64,000 nt of DNA from Leptogorgia sarmentosa (taxonomy: Eukaryota). Under the pieces are notes generated by a model. That model was given only the letters and a program-made list of their open reading frames with translations, did not search any database and was not told where the DNA came from. Below, piece after piece: positions 48,301 to 59,481 of the stretch (within the stretch, counting starts at the first letter, position 1; each line of letters opens with the position of its first letter). Where the stretch lies: NCBI GenBank assembly GCA_964658305.1, contig OZ210885.1, positions 23,622,001-23,686,000 of the forward strand. Direction: 5' to 3'. Both the position numbers and the translations under genes were made by a program.

Positions 48301-51300
48301 TGTGCAGGAAAGGTGTTGGTTTTCTTGAAGTTTGTCACGAATTTCCTCCAATGTGGACTTTATGTTGTCGCAATTTTCACATACCATGGCGTGTTCATGC
48401 GCACAATTTAACTGGAATTCGCTTTCTGCAGGATCACTTAATGCAAACGCCCTACAATGATCTGCACATGGACTCTCATTTTCTTGGCAGTGTACTTTAT
48501 AATCTGTTTTGAGGTATTGCTTTGCTTTTTCCAATCTTTTGATTGTTTCCTGCGACCATTTTATATCAACACCTGAATGTTCCAGCCGTTCACAAATCTT
48601 TTCCATTGTACTGAATGCAGTCGAACCATCTGCCGCTGTGTTGTCTAGACCCTGTAGAGACTTGCGCTGTGATGCTTCTCTCACCTCAAGAATGCGAAAT
48701 AAGGTTGCCCTGCTAAGTGGCTCGAAACCGTCTTCAGTACAAAATTCTAAATACTGTGCAACCATCGTTGATCTTGTTACAGTACGCACAACATTCGGCA
48801 TTTCTATTGTCTCCCCATTTCGTAGTTTTAAATTCCTGGTTCCAAAAGCGACATCTTGATGAAAGTATGGACGATTCGCAAAGTCGATAAAGTGATCCAC
48901 TTTACCCATATTAAGACTGATTCGATGGTGCTTGGTTTTCTTCATCTCACGACCAGGTCCACAGGTTCTGGCATGGGCGCGAGCCCTGTCTATTTGCCAT
49001 CCACTAAGCTTGCCATATGGTTCGTGCAATTTCTGTAGTGCCTTTTTAGGTAGCTCGTATGCATATATGCTCAATATCTGTGTTCTCAAATTTCTGGTGG
49101 GTGCTTGGACAAAAGCATTTACTAAAGGTAAAAGGTGATCACATGTAGTTTCACGTGGTAAACTTTGAAATAACTTGTCTCCATCGTTAGGTGCGATGAT
49201 GCTGCAGATAATTTTACAGGCGTCAATTGCTTTGGCTATGCACTCATTCTTTTGCATAGAGTTAGCCGATTCCAGATCGTTTATTTGAAAGGATAGCTCT
49301 GATGGTTTGTCCATCCCAGCAAGTTCTGACAAATTATCCATTGCTTGATTGAACTTCGTCACCGTTGAAGCATCCGGGTGGTTATTGTCCTGCTCCACGT
49401 CACTGTCTGTAAAATATGCACTAGCGCATCCTGCTGTCCAAAGGGAAATATTTTCAGGCGTTTCTGAAGAGGAAGACGGACTACTAACTACACTCAGGTC
49501 TTCCATCTGATCTGCCAAAGGAACTACTGTTCGTCTAAAGACATAGTTATTTCATTGATTGAAATTTCAATTCCGAAATGCACGTTTTATATATTTAATT
49601 TTATATTTATAAAAAACATTTTCTTACGCTATATATACCTAGAAGATTCCACATTAACTCTTTCGTGGCTTTGAAGTTGTTCAGGATTCATCCAAACACT
49701 TTCTTTCTCCATTCTCTGTCGGTGTATCTGTCGACATTGTCTGCATATTGCTAAATACAAGTAAATACATTTATAGGGAAATAGAATCAAATACAGTTTC
49801 GGCCGCGCTGTAAAACATAACCCATGAAGAAGTGCGTGGAAGGAAATAGTTTCATACGTTAGTTAAAATCCAGTTTCTCATGGTATGTTTAGACAATACT
49901 TACGAGATCCTAATTGAACAAGTTTCCCATAAAGGGTAAATACTGCCTCTGATAATGAAACGTTGAAGACATCTCGCCCTGCGCACTTGCGAACAGGGCC
50001 TGAGTGAATCGGATACTGGCAAGATCTCAAAGGTCTCCAAAATCGCCCCAAATTATGACGATGAGACGGACAAATGGTCATTTTCTTATACTGATTCTCG
50101 CTAAGATGGAACATTCCGGCACGTAGTGCAATCAATTGACTCTCTCCCAAGTTCGACTTTGAAAGATGACAGGTTGCAAGCTGACTTTTTATGTCTTCTT
50201 GACAATCGAATAGGTTGCATATCTCCCGCAAACCACGATTTTCACCACAACTAATGCCACCAATGCCAACGAACGAACATTTTTTCTCCATAGTGCGAGA
50301 TGTTTCGCCAAGTAGTAGTACTAGTACTACGATAAACGTCAGTAACTTCGCAGTGTATCGCTAACGACAACGCAATATATAACAACAGATAGTCATTTAT
50401 TCTGCTTGTTTGTTTACTAAACTTGCCTTGTCTATGGAAAAATGTTTTAAAATTGCCAGTTAAGTTAATATTTGAAAGGGTGCGACACCTTACTAAAATT
50501 GTTAATTTCATTATATCATTGTGTTACAATACAGTGCAACAGCCAGCCATGCGTTTAAGCTTGAAAATTAGGGGTTAATTGTAGAATACAAGAATCTGTT
50601 GATTTATGATGTTCTCCTACGAGTATCATTGTGTATTAGTAGCACTGCAAAGATAATGTGAAGCCGTGAAGCCATGCAGCTTGCGTATTTACCGTGATTA
50701 AACGACAATTTGTCGAACACAAACATTTTGTATGATTATTTATCCTCTTAAGAAGTCAAACTCTGTCGAAAAATAAGAGTCCTATTATTAAAACATCCTT
50801 CCATGATGGAATTTGACTTCGAGCCTGAGGTTTAGAACATAATTTATTAACATTGATTAAATTTACTTGCAACGACGAGGACTCTGTTTTCACAGAAGGT
50901 AAACAATAACGCTAAATAACGCTAATTATAGCCCATGTTATGAAATATTATACATGTTCAATTTTTCTTTGCCGACAAGTTTTATTGCAAATAACATTAC
51001 TTCAAGTGTTCTAGTTTAACAAAAATAAACATTTAGATTCTGACTAAGTGCCACTTTTGAGAAATTTTCGTTTTAATTTTCGTAACTTTTCGGAATATTG
51101 CTTGCGTAGTAAAAATAGACTCAGTTGGAAACCAAATATTTTTGTTAAAATAAGTCGTATGATAAATTCTTTATATATTCAAGAAGGGAAGGAGTCTAAC
51201 TCAATTCTGGCAAAAAAGTTTTGAATTTGACGCAAAACTTCTCGAGATACGATAAACAATATGACATGCAGTTAGCCGTTGTATCGGGTGTCAAATTTTA

Positions 51301-51474
51301 GTCTCGTCAGCGACCGAAGTATAAAGGGTGGGAAAACTAAGAAAAAAATAAACTTTTGGAACTTTTGATATTTATTTAAAACCTTTTAGGGTTGCAGTAA
51401 TTCATGGTGAAAATTTGAAGGAAATCTAATTTTCAACCTAAAATGGGGTGCATGGTTCTTAGTGAGACAGCCAC
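45333..51474 (-). mobile_element. Sola3-like DNA transposon with ~520-bp TIRs
   Basis: Near-identical long TIRs 45333-~45849 vs ~50888-51474 (gtggctgtctcactaagaacc...), with ~57 extra nt in the right copy. TTAA on the right flank only. Transposase motifs as in the CDS feature below. Confidence 0.78.
46594..50291 (-). CDS. Sola3-like DDD transposase, 3 exons (50291-49904, 49750-49639, 49534-46594), 1146 aa, open throughout
   Basis: GT-AG introns keep the frame (GS-P-ICRQC; SS-R-RTVV). Motifs VMDWAMKF, REKQSDWYGKRGLSWH, RSDEAGCYH, GKDICDR; C2H2 finger CLEPGC...HIDVGQH. Confidence 0.82.
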
Positions 51475-52468
51475 TTAATAATTTTGTCTAGTTTATCACA
51501 AGACGAACGGGAGTGTAATTTAAATTTAACTTATCCGCCGTTTAGGCTGAACGGGGTACGAACAACTGGGCCCTGATATGGAATATGTGTGATCTGCATG
51601 CAGGACTGGCTTATATTTGCATGTGGCTAATATTTGGCACTTTCTTAAAATATTGAAAAACTCAATCGAACATTTTAAATACTATCATTGATTTTTCTAC
51701 TGCTATATAGATTATGCCTTCGCTATGTCTACATGCCACTTATATGAAATGAATTGGTGTGGTTCATTGATAAGCATAATAATCACCGCATACGAAAGCA
51801 GAAGGATCGCAAAACTCCTCAGGGAATACCCGAAGATCTTTACAATTTTCCAGATCATTTTGGTAGCGTTTTTTCCTTCAAACGTCACTTATTCGTATGT
51901 ATATTAAATTGCGCATAAACATTTAAGTAAACGTGATAGCTGGTTTTTTTTCAGGTTTTCGCAATGCAGGTTTTCAACCCAATGACAACGACATATCTTC
52001 ACTGGTAGAAGAGAATGGTTTTAATAAGCCAATCCCTCATTTTATGAATAACGAACGTTTCGTTGGACTGGCCAACGAGTTTTTGGATGAGCCAGTTACA
52101 ATAACCAATGCGAAAGAAGTTTACACATGCCTTGTTCAGTTCATGGAAACAAATTTGTAGGTGAAATATGAACAGTATTTACATTAAATATCAACTATTT
52201 GCATAATACAGTTATTATAAGACACATATTAAACTAAAACAAATTTTAATATAAGAAACATTAACGTTTGATAGTCACTAAACTAAACTTTTTGAAAGAC
52301 AATTCCAACCTATATACGTATAAGCCACTTATAGCTTGAAGGAGCTCTTCGACAATCTGTCTTCATCATTTTCTTCTATATATTTATAAAAGAGAAAATA
52401 GATTACAGGCCCACATTATTTAGTTGGAAAAAGCGACATATATATGTATGAACGAAAATATTCCTATA

Positions 52469-53053
52469 CAGGGTGTCTCAAAAAAAAGGTAATCGAACTT
52501 TGGTATGCCATTGTGCGTTAATTACTGGGTGTATGAACGTGATTTTTGCATGGTCATAAAGATCAAGGTCTTAGCAGTTGAATGACATATCTGTTGTACG
52601 ATATCGAAGAAAATCAGGCAAATGCGAGCGTGTTGAAAATCTCGGTGAAAAACGCATTCTTTCACCTCTGTGCCTAATTAAAGCAGTGCATAACAAAAGA
52701 AAAATGCAATTCATCGCGAATGTGTCATGGTAACAAAGATTTTATCAGGATTATTAATAATTATGCATAATTAGGTCGATTGTTGAAGGGATGGTCGTCA
52801 TCTTCGAGTCCCAGAGGGAGTTAATTTTGAATAAGTTTAGCTGCAATTCTCAGAGGTGAAAGAATGCGTTTTTCACTGAGATTTTTCAACACGCTCGCAT
52901 TTGCCTGATTTTCTTCCATATCGTACAAGAAATATGTCATTCAACTGCTAAGACCTTGATCTTTATGACCATGCAAAAATCACGTTCGTACACCCAGTTA
53001 TTAACGCACAATGGCATGCCAAAGTTGGATTACCTTTTTTTTGAGACACCCTG
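52469..53053. mobile_element. Tc1/mariner-type foldback MITE
   Basis: TA-cagggtgtctcaaaaaaa...tttttgagacaccctg-TA; about 200-bp near-perfect arms. Confidence 0.92.
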
Positions 53054-55279
53054 TATTAATAAGTGCATACATTTTGCAATATATTTTAGTTGTATTTATA
53101 GAAAGTTAAATATTTTTTTGTGTATGAACGCTGGTATACATACTATTCTGAACTATCGGAGGGAGGTTTAAAGTTTGGCAAACATATCCGCATTTGTGCG
53201 TCTTTTTGAATGTTTCAATCGCCTCACTGCCAACATTCCCAATTCCATAATACCTAAATGTATAGGTTATATACAGTTTCAACTATTTATTATAACAAAC
53301 ACAAATCTAATGCAGTTTCTTGGTACCCTTTTTCTTTCGTTGCCAATTCGATGTCTGTGAGCTTTAAGTTGACGCCTTTAGAAAGGAGAATTTAAACTAA
53401 TATTTCTCTCAAATATAAGTTTCAAAGACGGGTACAATACCCTACACTCTTTCAAGGAAGTTGATTAAATAAACTTGTAAATCAGCGATCATGAAGTCCC
53501 CGTGGCTGAAGATCAATGACCAATGAACTAAAGCCATGCATGTAACCGCAGCACTCCCTTTGCATTGATTTCGTTCTTTGCCTTCGTTTCCGATGTACTT
53601 TGTGAAGTGGCCTGGTAGAATGGGTTCCATCATATAGACATCGCCACTTGTTTCCTCAATGGCCAAAAATGCACTTATAACCCTACAGCAATAAAGATGA
53701 CAAAAAGTCAGACGCGTGCATACTTTCAGCACGCAGAAGAATTGAATGGAAGAAAACTCTGCACATACTCCGGAGCATCAGTCAGTTGTGTCTTGTACGT
53801 TTGACTAAATTGCTCCACCAAAGAACGGCAAACCATTTGTGTCTGAATTTCCTGAAACAAAATCAACATGCTTTATCTGCTCTTAGACATTTCATTCCAA
53901 TTCTGATTATAAACATGCTTAAATTTACTTTTTTTGCAATGGATTTAATCGATCTGTTTTTTTCTTCAGCTGCATTTACGACTGTGTCATTAAACCGCTT
54001 CAATAAAACATCTGTTCCTTTTGAGAATGTTCGCAACAAGTCGTGAGATAAACCCTCCAAAACAGTTGCTTTACTTGCTATTCTCATGCCACCTTGACCA
54101 AAATCTTCTTCACTGACTTCCATTCGCATGTAACCAAGTATTTTCCAGGATTTTGATTCAACAAAGAAAGTCGAAATTTGATAAATTTCGGCTTATATAT
54201 GAAAATAATACAGAAACTGAGATGGTAAACATAAATTATTATCAAAATATATATGAAAAGTAGAAAATATTTCTTCCAATCTTGCTACCTGAATTAATTA
54301 GCTCATCAACTTTTTTTGGGATGATTGACATACCACACCGTAGAACATCTTCCTTTGACAAAGTAGCATGTGCTTGGAAAGAAAAATTATAACAGATATT
54401 TCACAATTTGAACAAAGCTGTTATGTGAGAACAATTTTCCTGCCACTTCAGATAGAGTTTACCAGTGCCCTACACACTTTACAGTGATTACAACAGAAGA
54501 TTGATATAGCAGTGCGTGGTGATACTGGACTTTTTTCATGACCATTTAGTAAAATGCTCAACTTAATTAATGTTGATTTCATTTGTAGGACATAAAGTGA
54601 TTTTAGATTTAGTAAACTAAGTACCGGGTAATTTTGTTGGTAAATCCACAACTTCTTGTAAATCTTCATCACTACTTTTGCTCGGTTGACTGCTTTCGCT
54701 GAGGTTTGAGAGTGTGCTCTTTTGAATGGATGATGTAGAGTAAATATCTTTCTGAAATTTAAATTAAAATGGCTTGTTGTTGTGGATACAGCCTGATATT
54801 AATATCGAAAATTTGTAATTTACCTCAGTATAAAAAAATGAAAGCTAGTTCTGTTGAATGTGTAAGTAGGGTCTTTTGCAATAGCTTTTCCATCTAATAG
54901 AAAAAGTTCCAGATTTCTTTCCTTCACCTCCTCATCATAATTGTCTTTTGGTATATTTAAAAACTCCTCAGCACAAGCTTTTAACAGATTTTCAATAGTA
55001 GTTGTACTATTTGAGGAACAGTGGCTGCGATGAATTCTGTTCTTTTTCTTTTATTGAATTCTTTCATTTCAGAAAAAGCTACAAAAACATTGGCTAAAAC
55101 TTGCTGCATTCGTATGAATGGACGTCAGGAGTGGGCATTTACAGGCATATATCAACTGCCCAAATACTTTTTGTGCTAGGGGTACCCTTATTCTGGAATG
55201 AAATTGAAGTGCTGAATATTGTAATGATTTTTTGGAAGAGAATAATTCTGGTCAGTGCTTCCCTCACCAAGTTTTGAGG

Positions 55280-55746
55280 CACCGGAAGCAATCCAGGGCA
55301 GGGGCGGGGGGAGCAACATCTTTATAAAGAGCTTTTTTTTTTACATTGGCAAATAAGCAGAACTGCTTATTTGACATAAGATAATGCAATAAAAATTAAA
55401 CTTTTGTGCATTTAGCATTTCGTATATTAATATCGCATATATATGACGTATTATTATACCTTCACGCTTTGGTATCGTAATTCTAAACATATTTTAATAT
55501 GTATGGCCTTACATTTTATCAATAATTCATTACTGCTTAGTCTGCTTTTATATCGCGCTCACCGAGATCGCGCTTTAAGATCGTTTGTCAATTATCGGCC
55601 GACAAGTGACGACGACCAACGATTAATTAGGGTGATAAAATAATTCAAACTTTATAGCCAAAGGGCAAAACTGCCCCCGCTGTCCCCGACAACGAAAGGC
55701 AGGAGGGGCAGCTACCCCCGCTGCCCCCGTGGTTCCGGCGCCTCTG
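55280..55746. mobile_element. hAT-type MITE in an intron of the kinase gene
   Basis: 8-bp TSD ttttgagg (55272-55279 / 55747-55754); right TIR ggttccggcgcctctg; left TIR lacks its first ~6 nt. Confidence 0.75.
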
Positions 55747-57066
55747 TTTTGAGGTGCCAAAATACCTGTCAATATATGCTGTTCTAGGTAATAAAGTTAG
55801 TAGTACTAAACAATCATTCATTGTACACACTTTTTGGAGTATCTACTGTTCTCTTTTTCTCATCAGTACCTTTTACCAAATTGCCCTTTGCTATAGGGAT
55901 CTGTCGCTTATAGGGTTTTAACTTTATTGAACCAATAACAATAAATCACAAAATCACTCTCTCTCTCTCTCTCTTAAATCGCTCTCGTTCACTCTAAATT
56001 TAGCTCGCACGTGTCCCGCAACGTCAGTCAACTTTTCCTAATATGGCAATGTCAATCCACTGTATCTCTCAGTCTCCGACAACCTAAAATGAAATAAAAA
56101 GAATAATATAGCTTTCTCGCTATTATAATAAACCTCAATATGTTGTCAAACAGCGGCACCAACTTACATGACTTATTCCAGACAAAGGGCATTTGCTCAA
56201 AAAGACGAATATGTTTGTATTATTCAGGTAACTGATGAGTATAACTTTTGCTGCTTGTAGATATACTTATATCCAAATATTAAACCATATAAATTACTGT
56301 CTATTCAATACCTGCTGACATGGACACATGCCCAAGGCCTACGTGTTCATTAGGCAAATGTCCACATGCGTAACAATCATTAGTTCCAGGCACGTGCACA
56401 TACTTTTTACATGAGCATTCACCTTCGCCACCACTACATCCAACTTTAACCACCTTGAAAGAAGCAAAAAAAATAATATAATAAAAGTGAAATTGAATAA
56501 ATCTCAAAATGTTTCTTAATTAATGCACACAAGTTTACATGAACTGCTGCAGGATGACTGCATTCAGTGCAAACATTGCTCCCAGTTTTGACCGCATATT
56601 GAATGCAGGTACATTTCCCACACTTTCCTCGCAACACCTTGTTGTGATCTGAAAGATGATGATAAATTAATAATTTGAATGTTGAAATGTGAATAAAAAA
56701 TTGTGAAATACAATAATTATCGTTTATTATTATTCAGTTTATTATTCACTCAATTTTGATTGGTTAATTTACGTGCAAATAACTGCCTGCAAATATCACT
56801 TCAACTGCCAAAATTGGCGCAAACAGTTTACTGATCATGCTCATTTAGTTCAAAACTCGCTCAGCTGCAAATAATGGTTTGTTTGGATTACTTGCTTGTT
56901 TTGCAGAACATTTTGCGAATGAGTTCTCCTCTCTTTAACACGTTTATAATTCAAAGGAACGAAATTGGAGCTAAACGACTTATATTGGCGTCCCAAAGTA
57001 AACTTTCTACCGTGGTCGGTAAATTTTACGCCGAAGCGAGAGACAAAAGATCAGTAAATAATAAAC

Positions 57067-57628
57067 TGAATAATAAAACAATTATCGAACTCGGCTGTCG
57101 CAGAATATCGTGATTTATCAGTGGCGAGCAGATAAATTATTTAATCGTAAATAATTGATCTGCTCGCCACTGATAAATCACGATATTTTGCTCAGCCTCG
57201 TCCAATAATTTTATTTATTATTTATTTCAAATAATTTCAAGAGCCTAATTATTCATAAGCTCTAATTATTTCAAGAGTTTTGATTGGCTAAGAGCAGTGC
57301 GTTAAATTTTCATATGCGACATTATGACGTAATTATGTCGTATATTGACATTATAACGTCTACTAATTTATGCTGCTTATGCCAAAAGCTGAAAAATACA
57401 AGTGGCTTTCTTAAAGGTGGTTCTTGTGTACAATGCGTATACCCTAAGTCTGATAAAGATACAAATAAATAATAAAACAATTATTGAATTTGGTTCTCGT
57501 AGGATATGCTGAATTATTAAGGCCTCGGTTTGTGTTATTTGCCTCACCCTTCGGCTTCGACAAATAACACAAACCTCGGCCTTAATAATTCCTCATATCC
57601 TACTTGACCTCATTCAATAATTGTTTAA
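57067..57628. repeat. Two related long hairpins (57067-57210 and 57470-57628), possibly Crypton-type non-autonomous element ends
   Basis: aatatcgtgatttatcagtggcgagcagat...atctgctcgccactgataaatcacgatatt and aattattaaggcctcggtttgtgttatttg...caaataacacaaacctcggccttaataatt; both are preceded by aataaaacaattat. Confidence 0.6.
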
Positions 57629-59481
57629 TAATTTGAATAACAAAATATCAAATATCACATAATTACCATATGCTTCTGATGCCGCCATATTGTCTGTGCT
57701 TCCACCAATGAACTAGCTTCCACTTTTTCAGCACAAAATCAGTGCGCGTTGCATCATGGTCTATACTTGCCGAAAAAATTTTCAACTTGCAAGAAAAATT
57801 TTGAACTTGCGAAACTTTAACTTCTCATGAAATTTTTTAAAAACATCAAAAATATTTTGACAAACTGTGCTCTCTTTTTCAACTTTCGAAAATCGTTGAG
57901 CTTTTCAATTACTTCGAATAACATATGAGTTGATATATGTCAATACTAAGTTGATTTATGAAAATATTGAGTTGATATATCAAATTACTAAGTTGATTTA
58001 TGAAAATACTAGCAGCTGGGAAATTTGTTGCGCATGCGTCAAATGTGACTTGCGTGGTCTCCACGAACTAACATCGCGCGCAGGATCTTTAAAATTTGTA
58101 AACAAAAACATGAGCGGGATTTTTTTCTCTTGTGCCTCGTTTCTTTGGCTGTTTTTATCGCTGTTTTTGCAGTTGCAAATAGGAAGGACCTTTATTGTGC
58201 CGTATGCGGCAAATGCTGCAAAAAGAATTAAATTCTGCAAGGAATAGCTTCCGCAAAGCGCTGTTTTCGAGAGCTGTTTCGGTGTATCCTACGACGAAAC
58301 AGGGATATTATGCTCTACCTGTCGAACTTTAAAGGCGAAATTCAACTTGAAGCGCAATTTTCTCCTCAAAACGATTAGGTATTTATTTTTCCTACCTATC
58401 CAGAGAATTCAAAAATAGGAACAAGATTTTGGAGACTTTGGTTAGATTTTTCACAATTTTGCCGAGTTTCGACCCAATTTAATTCCTGATTGAGACGAGA
58501 AAATATAGCGAGATATAGTTTAAAATATTTTTTGTTCTAAAAGGAGTAACGGTTTGGTTTCTTTACACAAGTATTAATAAATTAGTACCAGAAACTAGAG
58601 CAAAAAATGAACCAACTACATCCAATTGATTCGCTATCGTTCGTCTTGATATGGCAGACATCAAAATTCAACCGATATGCAATGTTTGACATAGATTCCA
58701 CGATTTTGGTCGGAAGGGCAATTTTCATATCAACAAAATGCTGTTTATCAAAAACAACAAACAATGTGAATATCAAATTTAGTAACAAAACTTTGGAGAT
58801 TTCGTCTAGATTTTGAGCTTTCGAAGCTTGCCCGCCATACGTCTGTCTTGGGTCTATAACATCAACAGATGCGAAGCAATGTAAACTTTTGCTCACCCTG
58901 AACAAATGTGAAATTATCTGGCAAAAACAGAACCAGGGGTGACACATGAAGTTGTAAGGAACATATTATACACTCTTTCCAGTTTCAAACACCCACAAGT
59001 GGCAGTGAATCTTTACTCAAAGCACGCGCGTGCCAAAATTGTGTTCAAATTATCGGTCAACATCCTTGTGTGTATATGTGCTGATCACTCGCACAAGTTT
59101 GTTTCAAATCACTTGAAAAATCGTCTTCTGTCAGACCATAGATAACAGTTCACGTACAAGTTAGTTTTGATCCATGTAACCAAGCGAGTTGGCGCACAAT
59201 TTACAAATAAACACAACACTTCGCAAGGCATAATAACACGTTCAAACCCTAGGTGCCTTCGTCGCCAATATTTTAGTAAAATGTACCATTAAAAAGGACA
59301 TATTCAACATCTGAAGCAAACTTGGTGTGCTAAGAACAACTTCCTACTCTTTAAATAATTCGATTATGGCTCAGAGAAGCTCAGATCTCAAACAAACATG
59401 CGCTTTGCATTTTCATTCGAAATTTACAAATTCGAACAAAAAACAGGTTGTGCCCGCAATTTCTCTGCACAGCGACAACAA

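Larger units (their letters stand above)
45189..51572. mobile_element. Short Harbinger-type MITE (~240 bp of its own sequence) in a transposase intron, hosting the Sola3-like element
   Basis: Imperfect ~45-bp TIR gggccggttgttcg...aaacggcggataagtt / aacttatccgccgttta...cgaacaactgggcc; CTG flanks (45186-45188 / 51573-51575). Confidence 0.7.
42828..52160 (+). pseudogene. IS3EU-type DDE transposase, about 11 short exons, with stop codons
   Basis: Exons: LSTLKRRLK (~43413), GYRTMHLRLRQKH (~43667-43752), LDPGGV (~43875-43967), WHIDGHDKLKPYGFCIHGAIDGFSRKILWL (44048-44225), RSDAGTEN...SHVYGTSMLNQ (44404-44543), RIECFW (44806), HNNHRIRKQK (51711-51861), final exon 51956-52160. Confidence 0.88.
52329..57688 (-). 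pseudogene. Intron-rich accessory gene ending in an alpha-kinase (eEF2K/ALPK/TRPM-type) domain, with two N-terminal Cys/His repeats
   Basis: Kinase exons: FGQGGMRIASK...VLLKRF (54191-53929), EIQTQMVCRSLVEQF (53851-53770), YMMEPILPGHFTKYIGNEG...ALVHWS..SHGDFMIADLQ (53683-53476), GVNLKLTDIE (~53375-53327), GIGNVGSEAIETFKKTHKCGYVCQTL (~53253-53155). N-terminal exons ~56648-56533 and ~56454-56332; putative ATG exon 57688-57667. Some junctions need 1-nt repairs. Confidence 0.85.
40828..58010. mobile_element. IS3EU-like DNA transposon with an intron-rich transposase and a convergent alpha-kinase gene; right tip missing
   Basis: Starts tatggaagcccagcagg exactly where the LINE breaks. The 21-bp subterminal repeats at 40872-41046 are mirrored at 57925-58010. 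Inner inverted homology: tcaaaatattttt...agtatagaccat..cgcaacgc (41098-41197) vs 57745-57862. Confidence 0.78.

Noticed and set aside
46800..49138. Many short + strand ORFs opposite the Sola3-like transposase (and similar ones opposite the LINE, hAT and BEL ORFs)
   Set aside because: Antisense shadows of real coding frames, with no motifs.
59136..59149. ccata-gat-aacagt as the missing right end and TSD of the kinase element
   Set aside because: Three extra bases and no further TIR match upstream; likely chance.
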